A DNA stretch of 59,109 bases from a virus (Duplodnaviria; Caudoviricetes): IMG/VR virus record IMGVR_UViG_3300032246_000466, positions 1-59,109 of that record; one strand, 5' to 3'. Made by a program: the position numbers and the translations under genes. The notes below the pieces were generated by a model, which saw nothing but the letters and a program-made list of their open reading frames with translations, was not told the origin of the DNA and searched no databases. This document shows, piece by piece, positions 9,015 to 24,400 of this stretch (positions are counted from its first letter, which is position 1; each line of letters begins with the position of its first letter).

Positions 9015-12000
9015 ATGGCTACAAGTTCAAGACAATCAGCATTATTCGGGGTAAACGATTGGAAAGCAATTTACCAAACTTTTAATCAAGCCGATTTTAG
9101 AAGTTATGATTATGAAACCTTACGTAAAAGTTTCATAGATTACTTACGTGCATACTACCCTGAAACATTCAATGACTACATTGAAAGTTCTGAATTTATT
9201 GCACTGCTTGATGTTATGGCGTTTATGGGTCAGGGTCTTGCTTTCCGCAATGACTTAAATGCCCGTGAAAACTTTATTGATACTGCTGAACGTAGAGATA
9301 GTGTTATAAAATTAGCTAATCTTGTTAGCTATACACCTAAACGTAATTTAGCAGGACAGGGTTACTTGAAAGTAACAAGTGTTCGCACTACTCAAAATAT
9401 TTCAGATTTAAACGGGTTTAATTTGGGTAATGTCCCTATTTTATGGAATGATCCTGCAAACCCAAACTGGCTAGAACAATATAATACCGTTATTAACGCC
9501 ACATTGGTAAACACTCAACGAGTTGGTTTGCCTGCAAATACAGCACAGATTCTTGGTGTAAAAACAGACGAATATACTTTACAAATTCCAGCAGGCACCT
9601 TACCAGTAGTACCATTATCTTCTATAGTTAATGGGTTGAATATGAATTTTGAGTTATGTAGCGTAAGCACAGTAGGTGAAGATTATGTTTATGAATTACC
9701 ACCTGCCCCAACAAACAAATTCAATATGCTATACCGTAATGACAAATTAGGTTATGGTAGCCCAAATACAGGTTTCTTCTTTTACTTTAAGCAGGGTACA
9801 CTGACTAATTTTGATTTTGTTTTACAGAATCAAATATCTAATCAAGTAATTGATATTGATATTCAGGGTATTAATAATACCGATACATGGTTATATCAAA
9901 TTAGCCAAGCTAATGGTGCATACGGATTATGGAAAAAAGTTGACAACATTTATGCCGACGCTTATTTGCAAACTGAAAATTCTGTTAAACAAATTTATTC
10001 TGTAAACAGTAGATTCAATGACCAAGTAAGTTATATATTTGGTGATGGCGTTTTTAGTGAAATACCAGTTGGTAATTTTAGATCATATGTACGTGCAGGT
10101 AATGCACTGACCTATACAATTCAACCAACTGAAATGCAGGGCATATCAGTTGCAATTAATTATGTAAGTAGAGTTGGTAGGATTGAAACATTAACCGTTG
10201 GATTATCATTACAAGTTCCTGTATCAAATGCACAAGTTCGTGAAAGTCTTGCCTCAATTAAACAACGTGCTCCTAGTCGCTACTATACTCAAAATCGTAT
10301 GGTTAATGGTGAAGATTATACTAACTTCCCGTATACATTGTATAGTTCAATTATCAAAAGTAAAGCTATTAATCGCAGTAGTGTAGGGGTGAGTAAGAAT
10401 TTAGATTTGTTAGACCCTACTGGAAAATATAGTAGTACAAATAGCTATGCAAATGACGGTGGTGTTTGGTTAGATAATACTAACGGATATTCGACACTAA
10501 CTATCAATAGTACAGGCGATATCATTACTTTTTTAACAGGAACATTAGCTGCTATACTAGCCGACAATAGATCACTACAATACTATACACAAAATTACAC
10601 AAGATATAGTATTAATACTGCATCCGGAGATGGTACTTTATTTTGGCAAACCAGTTCAGTAGATGCAAATAGTTTATCAGGATACTTTTACAATATTACT
10701 AATGGTGCAGATACTCCTATTCCAACTGGAACATATTCTACCTACAATGCAAAATATATAACCAAAGGTGCATTGCTTAAATTTGTTGCACCAAATGGAT
10801 ATTACTTTGACACTAATAATAGATTAGTAAGTGGCATAGCAGGCCCGTCAGATATAACATATATTTGGACTACCGTATTATCTGTAGTTGGTGATGGATA
10901 CAATAATGGATTAGGTCAGTTTGCAAATGGCACAGGTCCTATAACATTAAACGGTTATGTTCCTTCTGAGGCTATTTTGACTACCGTTCTACCCTCATTC
11001 AGTAACACATTACCTAATAGTGTTATACAAGAATGTATTGTTAGATTAGATTTACAACAAAACTTCTCACTAGTTTTTAATAATTCATTAACTATTGCAC
11101 AATCACGCTGGAGTGTTGATATCTATAACGCAAGTAATTATTTTGTTAATTTTGAAAGTGTTGGATACAATAGGTACACCGTAACCTATCGCTCATTGGC
11201 ATATTATTTTGGTAGTGTTGCGGATACCAGATTTACATATGAATCAGGTAAATTAGTTTATGATCCGTTCTCTGGATTAATTCTACAAGATTTTGTAAAA
11301 GTATTAGTTACAAATACACAGCCTAGTTCAAACTATGCGTTAAGCGAACCAGTTACTGCTAGTATAATTGGACAAACAGTTGAAAGTGATGGTTATATTA
11401 ATGACTTTGAAGTTGAAGTTGCTAGTATTGATGTAAATGATAGGACAATCATTAAAAATCCTGACTTCTTTAATGAAATTACTGGTTATGTTACTGGTAG
11501 CACTAACATTGGAATATATGCGTTTTTTGAAACAATACAAGATGCTATTAATTTAACTAGACAAGAATTAATAGCTTCATCTAGTTTATCTTATCAATAC
11601 CCTACAAAAACACAAATTGAAGTTGTCAAGTATGAATATGCGGTTGGACAATTGTTCTATGCATATTCAGAAAATAAATTTTATATTACGGTGCAAGACC
11701 CTACAATAATAACTCCTTATTTTACATTAGTTGAGCAATTACAATATAGTATGAAACCAGGACGCCAAGGATTGCAATTTCAATATCGTCATAATAGTAA
11801 CAATACAACACGTATTGATCCTGCAACTACAAATATTATTGATTTATATGTAGTGACACAAGCATATTATACCCAGTATCAAAATTGGATACAAGATACA
11901 ACCGACACAGTACCTATGCCAGCAAGACCAACTATCAACGAATTGAGTAATCAATATGGTCAAATACAAGATTACAAAATGTTAACTGATAGTGCTATAT

Positions 12001-12386
12001 TAAACAGTGTAGTGTTTAAACCATTATTTGGACCTAAAGCTGCATCTGCGCTAAGAGGAACCATTAAAGTTATTAAAAATAGTAATACCAATGCAAGTGA
12101 TAGCGAAATTCGTAGTGCAGTACTGACACAGATGAATAATTACTTCAATATTAACAATTGGAGCTTTGGTGATACGTTTTATTTTAGTGAATTGAGTGCA
12201 TATATTCACAACCAAATAGGTGAACTTGTCAGTTCTTGCGTGTTAGTTCCTAACGACCCCTCACTACATTTTGGAGATTTATATGAAATTAAATGTTTGC
12301 CCTACGAAATATTTGTTAACGCAGCAACATCAAATGACGTACTTGTAATAGCGGCCCTTACTCCCGCCGAATTACAGATAGCATAA
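9015..12386 (+). CDS. gp6: Baseplate wedge subunit gp6-like (baseplate J family)
   Basis: N-terminal DYETLRKSFIDYL...FNDYIESSEFIALLDVMAF...NARENFIDTAERRDSVIKLANLVSYTPK; internal IFGDGVFSEIP and ESLASIKQRAP..YYTQNRMVNGEDY; C-terminal YFNINNWSFGDTFYFSEL. Confidence 0.85.
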   Translation: MATSSRQSALFGVNDWKAIYQTFNQADFRSYDYETLRKSFIDYLRAYYPETFNDYIESSEFIALLDVMAFMGQGLAFRNDLNARENFIDTAERRDSVIKLANLVSYTPKRNLAGQGYLKVTSVRTTQNISDLNGFNLGNVPILWNDPANPNWLEQYNTVINATLVNTQRVGLPANTAQILGVKTDEYTLQIPAGTLPVVPLSSIVNGLNMNFELCSVSTVGEDYVYELPPAPTNKFNMLYRNDKLGYGSPNTGFFFYFKQGTLTNFDFVLQNQISNQVIDIDIQGINNTDTWLYQISQANGAYGLWKKVDNIYADAYLQTENSVKQIYSVNSRFNDQVSYIFGDGVFSEIPVGNFRSYVRAGNALTYTIQPTEMQGISVAINYVSRVGRIETLTVGLSLQVPVSNAQVRESLASIKQRAPSRYYTQNRMVNGEDYTNFPYTLYSSIIKSKAINRSSVGVSKNLDLLDPTGKYSSTNSYANDGGVWLDNTNGYSTLTINSTGDIITFLTGTLAAILADNRSLQYYTQNYTRYSINTASGDGTLFWQTSSVDANSLSGYFYNITNGADTPIPTGTYSTYNAKYITKGALLKFVAPNGYYFDTNNRLVSGIAGPSDITYIWTTVLSVVGDGYNNGLGQFANGTGPITLNGYVPSEAILTTVLPSFSNTLPNSVIQECIVRLDLQQNFSLVFNNSLTIAQSRWSVDIYNASNYFVNFESVGYNRYTVTYRSLAYYFGSVADTRFTYESGKLVYDPFSGLILQDFVKVLVTNTQPSSNYALSEPVTASIIGQTVESDGYINDFEVEVASIDVNDRTIIKNPDFFNEITGYVTGSTNIGIYAFFETIQDAINLTRQELIASSSLSYQYPTKTQIEVVKYEYAVGQLFYAYSENKFYITVQDPTIITPYFTLVEQLQYSMKPGRQGLQFQYRHNSNNTTRIDPATTNIIDLYVVTQAYYTQYQNWIQDTTDTVPMPARPTINELSNQYGQIQDYKMLTDSAILNSVVFKPLFGPKAASALRGTIKVIKNSNTNASDSEIRSAVLTQMNNYFNINNWSFGDTFYFSELSAYIHNQIGELVSSCVLVPNDPSLHFGDLYEIKCLPYEIFVNAATSNDVLVIAALTPAELQIA

Positions 12387-12389
12387 GTA
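12382..12389 (+). promoter_or_regulatory. Late promoter-like variant (CATAAGTA) upstream of the giant gene
   Basis: The same 8-mer recurs at 57781 before another gene start; it overlaps the gp6 stop codon, which weakens the call. Confidence 0.3.
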
Positions 12390-12413
12390 GTATATAGCAT
12401 AGAGATTTTATAA

Positions 12414-15400
12414 ATGGCAACAAGAATTAGAACACTAAATTTTCTACCAGAAATATTTCAAACCAATACCAACAGCCAATTTTTAGCGGCTACGTTGGAT
12501 CAATTAGTAGCACAACCAAATAATAGAAAGATTCAAGGATATATTGGTAGTAAATTTGGATATGGAGTTAATGCCAAAGACTACTACGTTACTGAACCAA
12601 CAAAGACAAGAACGGATTATCAACTAGATCCGGGAGTTATTTTCTTAAAAGAAAATGAGACTACTGCTAAAGATTTTATAAGTTATCCTGGCATAATTGA
12701 TTCGTTAACACTTGCAGGTGGTTTAACTACTGACAATAATAGATTATTTAATAGCGAGTTTTACTCATGGGACTCATTTACTAATTTAGATCCAATAATT
12801 AACTTTAATCAATATTATTGGATACCAGAAGGACCTGAACGTGTAGTTATTTCTTCTGATATTGTTTATAGTGCAGATAATTTTATTGTACAACCTGATG
12901 CTAGTACATATTTGATTTCGTCTGAGACATTAGCTACTCCTAGCGCCAATCCAACACTAACGCTGTTGAGAGGTGGTGTTTACACTTTTAACATAAATCA
13001 AGAAACTCAATTTTGGATTCAAGGTGAGCCGGGAGTAACTGGCTTGAGTCCAACACAGCGCAACGTTAATACTCGTGACGTTTATGGGGTTACAAACAAT
13101 GGTACAACTAACGGAGTAGTTACATTTAGTGTGCCGCAAAAGAATGCGTTAGATGATTTTTATCATCCGGGTAATAACTTAGTTGATGTTATTTGTACAA
13201 CCCCATTCAGTGAAATAAACGGGGCTTTGGTAAATGATATTGGTGGCATTGATGGTGTAACTGCACTTGACGGGTTGGTTATTATGTTTTATAACACCGG
13301 TGTACCCAATGAAATTGGATATGTAAATAAATTTTATGATCAAACATATTATGATGAAAACGGCGGGGTAATTTACGATGATGCTACAGATTATCCAGGT
13401 ACATCAGTATTCAACAATAACTATGAGGGTGGTTATTACACAGAAGTAGCTGCAAATTATTATACTGTTAGTTTTTTGGGCGCAATTGACAATCCACAAA
13501 TTCAGTTGACTCCGTCAGGGCAAATACCAATCAATCAAAAAATAACTGCTACTTACGGAACTGAATGGGTAAACAGAAGTTTTTACAGAAGCACATTAGG
13601 TACAATAACTCTTGAACCGTATAATAGTGCTATCTTAGATAGATTATATTATCAAGATGGAACTATTCCAGGTAGAGTGGGTGTAATTAATTTGATTGAA
13701 AATAATATTTCAAACCAAATTAATATTATTACTAGTATTTTAGGAAAGCCAAATTACACTGCACCAAACGGAGTAGTATTTACTAATGGTTTAAAAGTTT
13801 TATTTCAAGGTGATATATATCCAGCAAGTTTTAATAATGTAGAATATTATGTTGAAGGGGTAGGTACTGCAATTGAATTAATACCAGTAACTACTTTAGT
13901 TTCACCCGGTGCATTCTCTGAAGGAGAATATATTCCTTATGATACAGCAGCATATGATGTTGGTAACTATGATTCAAGTTTGTATGTTCCAGTAGTACCT
14001 GATTATATTACAATTGCTAGAAATTCAATTAACAGAAATCCGTGGTCAAGAAGTAATCGTTGGTTTCACCTTGATGTCATCAAGGCGACTGCGGCATACA
14101 ACAATACTCCGTCATTGATTACAAAATATACACAATTAGAAAGTAAAGCAAAACGTCCTATTATTGAATTTTACCCTAACTTAAGAATGTTTAATTCTGG
14201 CGCAGTTGGTAAAAATCCTATTGACTTTATCGATACTAAAACAACCGATGCATTTTCTAATGTAGCTGGAAAAATTAATTTTTATCCTGACACTGCTGGA
14301 TGGACTAGCTATACCGCCACAATTGCTCCAGTAACTGGCGCAAACACATCTATTGTTGCTACTCAAACTATTGGGTTAACTAATTTAGTTTTACTAAGTA
14401 GCACCACTGGTTTGTACATAAATGATACGATATCGTTTGGCACCTCATTTGGTGGAATAACCTCAGGTACTACTTACTTTATCACTGGAATTTCAGGAAA
14501 TTATATTAATATTTCTGAAACAAAACAGGGCAGTAATCTTGTATTGACAACGTCCGGTATTACTTCTGTCACTACTAGCATATACTCTTATAGCACTACT
14601 ATTACAATACCTACTAGTGATGCATTTGGATTATTTGAAATAGGACAATACATCACTGATTCAACTAATCTTTTACCTGCTATTACTTTTGTAACCAATG
14701 TTAACGTATCTGGCACTAATACTATAATTACAATATCATGGTACAACCAATCAACTATTGCTGCTACATCAGTTGCATCAGTTGTTACAGCGGATACCCC
14801 GTTAGATAACTATTCACTTTTTGATGGTTCTAGAATAGTGTTTTCTGCTGACAATGACGTTAATGTTAAAAACAAAATATACATTTCACGTTTTTCTACA
14901 ATAACTTCGGGTAGTACTCCGGTAATTACATTAACTGAAGCAGATGATGGTTTAGTATTACCATATGAACAAACAGCGGTTTATAGAGGTTACAACTATA
15001 AAGGTAAAGACTTTTATTTCAATGGTGAAAGTTGGTTTCAGGGTCAGCAAAAAACCCAATTGCAACAGGCACCTAAATTTGATATATTTGATAGTAATGG
15101 AATAAGTTTTGGCGACCGTGTTGTTTATGTAGGTACATCATTTGCCGGTAGTACATTATTCTCATATGGAATAGGTGTTGGAGCAAATGACACTGTGTTG
15201 GGTTTTCCAATACGTTATAGTGCAGTAGACAATGTAGGTGACATAAGTTTTGATGTTTCTTTAAATTCAGATACGTTTACCTATGTTAACGGAACCACCG
15301 CAGTAACTCAAAAAGTAAACACCGGATATGTATATAATTATACATTGGCTTCTGACAACAATCCAATTGCAATAAGACAATTAGGATGGCAAACTGCGGT

Positions 15401-18400
15401 ATCACCTAGCGTTCAATATCAAGTTTTTGAATTTGATTGGAGTTTAATTAACAATTTAAATAATACGTTTGAATGTGATATTGCTCCTATTGTTACTTCC
15501 CCGACAAAATGGCCGTTGATTCAAGTTTATATTAATAATAAATATTTGCCTAATGCAGATTGGATCGTTACTGCTGCATCAACCAATACTACGACCGTTA
15601 TTAATATACCAACCATTGATGCAGTAGAAACTGTTGTACAGATTTTAATATTAAGCGATCAGGTTAGTAAGACTGCTTACTTTCAAACACCAATCAATTT
15701 GAATAACAATCCGTTAAACGAAACTCTTACTACAGCTAATATTGGTGATATACGTGGTCAATATCAAAGTATTTTCTATAATAATCCGTATACCACAGGT
15801 CAAGTATTTGGACCTAACAATTACCGTGATTTAGGTAATTTAGTTCCATGGGGTAATAGAATAATTCAGAATAGTGCTTCATTAGTTTTACCGGGGACTT
15901 TCTTAAGAAATCAAAGCCATAACTTGTTTAATTCTTTACTATACAACAGTAAACAATATATTACTTTTAAAACCTTGTTGGTTGACACCGTTAATAATTC
16001 AGATTATTCTAGAATATACACTCCTTCACAGATGCTAGATAATGCACTAGACCAAATAAATGCAGCACACATAGATAGTCAACCATTCTTTTGGAGTGAT
16101 ATGTTGCCGTCAAAAGCACCATACATTACCAATACATATAGCTTTGCAAATACGCTAGATATAAGTGTTTACCCACTAAGTCGTATTTACAATTTTGAAA
16201 CTGCAAACTACAACGGTGTGTTAGTTTACTTAATTCGTGATGGAGTACAAACTCAATTGGTTAAGGGGGTAGATTATACTGTGGCTACTGATAGCCCTTC
16301 ATTAACTGTTACTACTGACTTACAGGCTAACGACCAAATTATAATTAATGAATATAATCAAACATACGGAAGTTATGTACCAAACACTCCTACTAAATTA
16401 GGATTATATCCTGCGACTATTCCTAGTGTAGTATTGGATACTGCCTATAACCCAGAAACATATTTTATTGTAGGGCACGATGGTTCATTTAATAAATTAT
16501 ACGGTGCATATAATTCTTCTACTAATACCTTAACTGACTTTAGAGATCAAGTATTACTTGAGTATGAGACTCGTGTTTATAACAACTTAAAATTAAGTAC
16601 TACAGTCCCTGCAGGATCATATCAAGGATTAATTATCCCCGGCTTCTTTAGACAAACTGATTATACATATGATGAATTTTTACAAATCTACAGTGAATCA
16701 TTTTTAAACTGGGTTGGACAAAACAGAATTGATTATAAAACTCAATTTTACAATTCTACAAATCAATTTACATATAACTACAGAGATAGTGCCAATAAAA
16801 TAGATAAGCAACCTATTGAACAAGGATATTTTAGAGGATTGTATTTGTATTTCTATGACACCTCTACCCCAAATGAAACACCTTGGGAAATGTTAGGATT
16901 GGCTAATCAACCAACTTGGTGGGCGACACGATATGGTGCTGCACCATATACAAGTGATAACTTAGTTTTGTGGAATGATTTAGCAGCAGGTTTAGTTTGG
17001 AACAACGGCAATTCATTCATCAAACCTAGCTATGCTCGCCCTGGATTATTAAATATAATTCCTGTAAATAGCAATGGCGATCTTTTACCCCCATTAGAAT
17101 CAGTAGTAGGTAATTACGATAAATTCTTATTTCAACGTGATTGGCAAGTAGGTGATGTAGGTCCTGCAGAATTTAGCTATCGTAGAAGCAGTACATGGCC
17201 ATTTGATTTGATGCGTATATTAGCAGTAACTAAACCGACAGACTTCTTTAATTTAGGAGTTGACGTTGACAATTACAAATATAATGCAGAATTTAATCAG
17301 TATCTAGTAAATGATAGAAGTCATTTAGTTATAAGTAATGTACCAATATATGGTTTAGGTACTCCTGCAACTAGTTATATTAACTGGATTGTTGATTATG
17401 AAAAGCAAATTGGTGTAGATGCAACAACTAATATAACCACTTTACTGAATAACTTAGATGTTCGTTTAGTATATCGTGTTGCTGGTTTTAGTGATAAAAA
17501 CTTATTAAAATTTTATGTAGAAAAGAGTTCGGCAAATAGCAACAACAGTTCATTATTAATACCTGACGAAAGTTACGGATTAATATTGTATGAAAATCAA
17601 CCGTTTGACAGAATTGTATATAGCGGAGTAGTAATTCAAATAACCGATAACGGTTTTAAAATTTACGGAAATAATCAAACCAATGCATACTTTAAAGCAT
17701 TGACACCTAAATTTACCGGAAACGCACAACAGATTAAAGTTGAAGGGTTGACGGTAGAAGTTACTAATAGCTTTTATGATACTGTGCAGACAATACCGTA
17801 CGGCACTGAATTATATAATGTACAACAGGTATCACAATTTTTGATTAGTTATGGAGAATACTTAAGAACTCAGGGCATGGTATATGATGAGATAGAAAAC
17901 GGCATTCCAATCAATTGGACTCAAATGGTTGCTGAATTCTTATATTGGTCACAAATTGGCTGGGAAGTGGGAAGTATCACTACAATAAATCCTGCAGCTA
18001 ATTTATTATTAATAGACAAAGAAAGTCGTATTGTACAACCATTGACAATGCAACAAACTAACTTTATATTGAATCAAGATTTATATCCAATTCCAATAAA
18101 TGATTTAAGGGTAGTTCGTGAAGGAACTGCTTTTTCTGCTAAGCCAATGAATGTGGGTGATGCAATTAGCTATGGACAATTTGACATTAGTAACATTGAA
18201 AATGGTATTGTTTTTGATAATGTAACCTTGTTTAATGATGTGATTTATAATTTAGTTACAGGTTTAAGACAATATCGTATTAGTGTTAATGGAACAAAAA
18301 CTGCCGATTGGACAGGTAATATTGATGCAGCTGGATTTATTTTAAATCAAAATAACATTGTAGAGTGGAATAAAGAAATAAAATATACTGCTGGCTCTAT

Positions 18401-21400
18401 TGTAAAATATAAAAACAAATACTGGTCTGCACTTAAAATAATACAAGCATCTTCTGTATTCAACGAACGTGATTGGAAAGAAACTCCATACGATCAAATT
18501 CAAAAAGGATTATTACCTAATAGTCAAACACGTTCATATGAAAGCACATTATACTATGACGTAAATAAAGCTAATTTAGAAAATGATGCAGATTTATTAT
18601 CATTCTCATTGATTGGATATCGTCCAAGAGATTATCTTGCATTAGTTGACTTAACTGATATTACTCAAGTTAATGTTTATCAAAATTTAATCAAAGACAA
18701 AGGTACATTAAATGCAGCTAGTGCATTTAAGGGTGCTAAGTTGCCGCAAGGTGGAATTGATTATGATGTTTATGAAAACTGGGCTATTAAATCGGGTGAG
18801 TTTGGTGGAACACTTAACAACAATTTTATTGAATTTAGATTGAGTCAGCCGAATCTTACAGGTAATCCATCTATTGTTGGTTTAACCAACGGCGTATATA
18901 CTGATGGTGTACAACAGGAAGTTCCGTTGTATAGCGTATTCAACTATGGGATACCAATAACATCTCCTAATATATTACCAACCATATCAACTGCACAACC
19001 ATCGGCATTGTACCCTACAGCAGGTTATGTAAATTATAATGATGTTAAAATGGCTAGCTATTATTATTCTGGATTATATCTTGCTAAGAATGCTGCCGGA
19101 ACAACTATTCCTATTAATGAATTTTATGTCCGTGACTATGTTTGGGTTGCTAATTATCTTTCAACTTGGCAAGTTTATACACCTAGTAGTTTGGGTTCAA
19201 TAATAAATGCTAAAAATAATTTAAACAATACAGTTACTATAACATTTAGTCAACCTCACAACTTAACTAGATATCAACCATTTGCAATTGTTAATTTTGA
19301 TGCTTCAATTAATAATTATTATATTGTATCAGCAGTGGTTGATGAATTCAACGTTATTATTAATTTAGCGTTAAATCCGCAAATTAAAAATGTTACTGGT
19401 CAAGGCATTGGTTTTAGTTTACAAAGTCAACGTGTTGCTACTGCGCCTGAAATAATTAATTTACCTTTATTGGAAAACGAATTTAATAAATTAAAAGTTT
19501 GGGTAGACACAAACAACAACGGTGATTGGGCTGTTTACCGCAAGAGTTTAAATTATCAATATAATAAAGAAATAACGCACCCATTAAGTCAATCATTTGG
19601 TAGTGCAGTTGCGTATACTAATAAATTGGCATACTTAATTGGTGATAGTAATGCCGGTAAAGTATATCGTTACAGATATAATGAACTTGATGATTCATAT
19701 ATTATATCTCAAACTCTAACTAATAATGCATCGTTTGGCTCTAACATTTCTTATTCTGATGATTTGTTTGTCATTTCGGAACCAACAGGTAACGTTTATG
19801 TATATCAATTGATAACTACAACGTTAACGAATAAATTAAACTTGTATCAAACTATTCCCGCGCCGAGCGGAGTTACTACTTGGGGAACATCAACTGCAAT
19901 TTCGGGAGACAAGAATTGGCTTTACATTTCTGCTATAGATAACAACACTGTTTATGTATATCGCAAAATGAATGTGTCAATGATTGCCACTGCATTTACT
20001 GTGGGAAATACTTATGTAATTGAATCCTTGGGTACAACTGATTGGAATACTGTAGCAGGAACGTCAGGTGAAACATATGCAGTGGGTAACACTATCATTG
20101 CTGCTAGTGTAGGTACTGGAACTGGAACTGCACTAAATGTAACTTATATTAAGGTAGATACTCTTACTACAAGTTTATCAGCAGGTGATAATTTTGGATA
20201 TGCTATTGCAACTGACTATTACGGAGATTCAGTAATAATAGGTACACCTCAACAAGATTACAATGTTACCACTCAGAATTATGGTTACACATATGTGTTT
20301 GCTAGAACTGTTCAAAATTTTAAAGCACAATCAACTAACCAAGCATATATTCCATTGACGTTTGCATTAGCATGGACACCTACTACAGGAACAGCAGCTT
20401 CTGCATCAACTAGTGGTACTACAATTACTTTAGGCGGTGCAGGCATAACTAATTTAGCAAACTATGTAAACTATCCTGTAATCTTTTCTGGTACATTAAT
20501 ATCAGGTGGCGCACTAAATCAAAATACAGTTTATTACATAAAGACTGTAACAAACAATACTCAATTTAGTATTAGTGCTACACGCGGCGGTACTGCTATT
20601 GCTTTAGCTACGGATACCGGAACAGGCATGGTTGTTACAGTACAAGAAACTCCATTATTTGTTACAATAAATGGAGCTCCGTTGACCGATGATTATTATG
20701 CAGTAATAAGTTCAACATTCTATGTATATAGTAAGGCAACATCAACTGTTAACGCCGGTGATATTATAAATGTAAGTGGTATTAATTTTGTATTGACTCA
20801 AACATTAACAAATGAAGAAACACCTAGAGTTGGTGTACAGTTTGGATTAAGTGTAGACACTAACACATTTGCAAACGAAATACTAATTGGCGCACCGTTT
20901 GAATTATCTCAACAAAACTATGAAGGTGCTGTTCATAGATATACTAACGGTGGTGAAAGATATGGTACTATTATTGGTACAGTAAATTGTAATATTACTA
21001 CACCAAGAACAATTTTATTAAATGGTTACAAAGCTATATTACCAGTGGGAAATGCAACCACAGTAGCAGCAAGTATTAATTTACTATCTCTTACTAATAT
21101 TCAAGCAAGTGCAGTAGACGGTAAGTTAATTATTGCATTAGTAAATGTTGATTTAGGTATTGCTGGTAACAAGCTATCATTAACTGTACTAGATACTGCT
21201 ACGTTGGGTGAAATGGGTGTAACTTTATTCAAGCAAACACAGAAAATAAATTGCCCACACTTAACGGGAAGAACACAATTTGGTACTGTAGTTAAGTTTG
21301 ACAATTCTGGATCATTCGTTGCAAGCGCACCAGTAGGAACTCGTTTTTCATCTACTACATTTGATTTTACTGATGATGAATTAGATAATGATACTGTATT

Positions 21401-24400
21401 TGATAACAACGCCACTAAGTGGGTAGATACTTTTACTAATGCTGGTGCAGTGTATATGTTTGATTATCTATCTACATACAATGAAAGTTTAGACAATCCA
21501 GGTAAATTTGTATACGCACAAAGCACCAATGCTATTGATTTAGATTACGGACCACAACCATACTATGGTACTGCACTGGATTTCAATGATAACCGCGTCA
21601 CAATAGGTACACCTAATTTTAACCCAGTAAGTGATACTACTGATACTCTCGGCCAAGTAGTAACATATGTAAGTCAAAATTCTGAACCAGATTGGGCTGT
21701 ATATAGAAGTTCTTCTGAGGTAGTTGATATCAACGGAGTGTTCAACATTCAATTGTTCAGCGCAATTACAAATGAAACTTTAGTAAATTTAGATTATATT
21801 GATCCTCTTCAGGGTAAATTATTAGGTGCAGTAACAGAAAATATTGATGTTGTTTCTAATAATGATCCGGCATCATATAACTCACCCGGATTCACTCAAA
21901 GTGGTTTAGTGTGGGGCGCAGACAAAATAGGTCAAATTTGGTTTGATACTTCAAACGCACGTTTTATGAATTATCATCAAAATGATGTTAATTATAACAG
22001 TCAATACTGGGGTAGAGTTTTCCCTGGTAGTGATATTGCAGTCTATTCTTGGATAGCAAGTGCAGTCCCGCCGGCACAATATACTGGTCCGGGTTTGCCT
22101 TATAGTATTAATAACTATACGATTCGCGGAATAATAAATGCTGAAGGATTAATTACGCCTGTATATTATTTCTGGGCTAGAAACACTAATATAGTATTTG
22201 ATAGATTGGGCAAAACATTAGCTGATTCTACTTTACAATCATATATTGCACAACCTCAACTTTCAGGTATAAGTTATTTTACTCCGTTATTACCAAATGT
22301 ATTTGGATTGTATAATTGTTTTGAATATATAAATGCAACTGATACTGTACTACATATAGGATATTCTGTCACTGCCAATGATGATGTAGCACACAATCAA
22401 TATAGTTTGATTCGTGCAAATTATGCAGACGATTTCTTAAGCGGCATACCCGGGTCAGGTGCCTTGTATCAAAATCATGCATCTGCTGGAATAATTGAAC
22501 CAATTGGTCTTTATAATAGAATGCTAGATAGTATGTGCGGAGTTGATAACGCAGGTGGAGTTGTACCTGATCCGTTATTACCTAAGGCTGTGCAGACTGG
22601 TGTATTAGCAAGACCGAGACAAGGTTTCTTCTATAATAGATTTGGTGCATTAAAAAATTACTTGCAATATGCTAATGTGATATTAGCCCAGTTTCCTATC
22701 ATTGAAACAAGAAATCCTCAATTCTTGTATAGATCAGGTGAATTCTTTGATACTCGTAATTATTGGAATACAATTAATTGGTGGGCACCCGGCTATAATG
22801 ATAATACAAAATCTTCATTACAAGTACCTATCTATGCAGATTTGTCTACTTTAGCTGTTCCTGTTGGAACTATCGTAACTGTTGCAGCCAATAGTTCAGG
22901 TAATTCAGAAACTTATATCTACGAAGGTGGAACTGTTTGGGTACGAATTGGATTGGCAAACGGTACTATAGAATTTAGTAGTACTCTTTGGGATTACGCT
23001 GAAGCTAAGTTAGGATTTGGGGACAACTTCTTTGACACTAATCTATATGATGAGTATCCATCAGTGGAAACACGTTATATAATTCGTGCATTGAATGAAG
23101 AAATTTACACAAATGAATTACTAATTTTCAGAAACAAAAGTTTAATTTTATTATTTGAATACATTCAAAGTGAAACTATTGAAAGTCAAAATTACTTAAC
23201 TTGGTTAAACAAGACCTCATTCTTAGATGTATCGCATACTATTCGTGAATTACTTCCACTGGAAGTATTTCGTTCTGACAATCAATTGTTCTTAGAAGGT
23301 TACTTAAATGAGGTTAAGCCCTTTCATGTAGTAATTAAAGAATTTATTTTTAAGTACACTAAAACTGAAATATTTGAAGGTGACATAACTGATTTTGATC
23401 TACCGGCACAATATAATGCTGAGATAGCACAGTTTGTAACACCACAACTTGTTTATGCTAACGCAAGTGGAGACAATCAATACTTATCAACTGATCCAAT
23501 ATGGCAAACAGCTCCGTATAGTCAATGGTATGAAAATTATGGATTAAGTGTTTCAGGTCAAGACGGATATCAAATATCAGTTTTAACTTCTTATATGTCG
23601 TTGAATTCTACTTCATGCTTTGTTGATAATATAAACGGTTTCCCTGTAACAGGTACTATCAAAATAGGTGAAGAATATTTAAGTTATTCTAACAGAAATT
23701 TAGCAACTAGTGAGTTGACCGGATTATCCCGTGGTATACACGGAACTTTGGTATCAATACACATTCCTGGCGAAGATATCTTTATAGATTTGCCGGCGGT
23801 GTTGATTCTTAACTCAGGCCGAGGATACGAAAATCCACCTAGAGTTACTGCGTATATTGATACTTTTATATATCCTGCACCAAGAGTACCTGCTAAATTA
23901 GAACCTATAATGAGTTTAGGAATCGTTGTGGGTGTTAATGTTCTTGACCCGGGCGAAGGTTATGCAGTCTTACCTCAAATTATAATTGATCCTGCATTTA
24001 CAGTATCAGTTAATAGTGATCAAGTAAATATTTTAACAAACACAATTGGAATAAGTAGTCCTACATTGCAAACTGGTGACTTAGTAGTTTATACTTTAGC
24101 AGTGGATGGAACAGAAATTATAGGATTGGTGCCGGGACAACGTTATTATGTGAACCTTTTAGAGATAAGTCCTTCTCCAATAATTGCGCTTTACGCTTCT
24201 TATTTAAATGCATTGCGTGATCATAATCGTATTGTTTTAGGGTCACAGGGAAGCGGTTCTCAATACTTTAGTGTAGGTGCAATTGGTAGCTGTGTTACTA
24301 GTTCACTACCAGTAAGAGAAAATAATATTGCGTTACGATTTGATAGAACAACATACAATTCTCAAGTAATGCCATGGACGCCTGGTAATTTTTATGGGTC

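Noticed and set aside
1431-12386. Bacterial type VI secretion system or extracellular contractile injection system
   Set aside because: No TssJLM, ClpV or Afp15-like ATPase genes are in the window, and T4-like gp6, late-promoter-like boxes and phage-style gene packing fit a myovirus better. Capsid and terminase genes are outside the window, so this rests on context.
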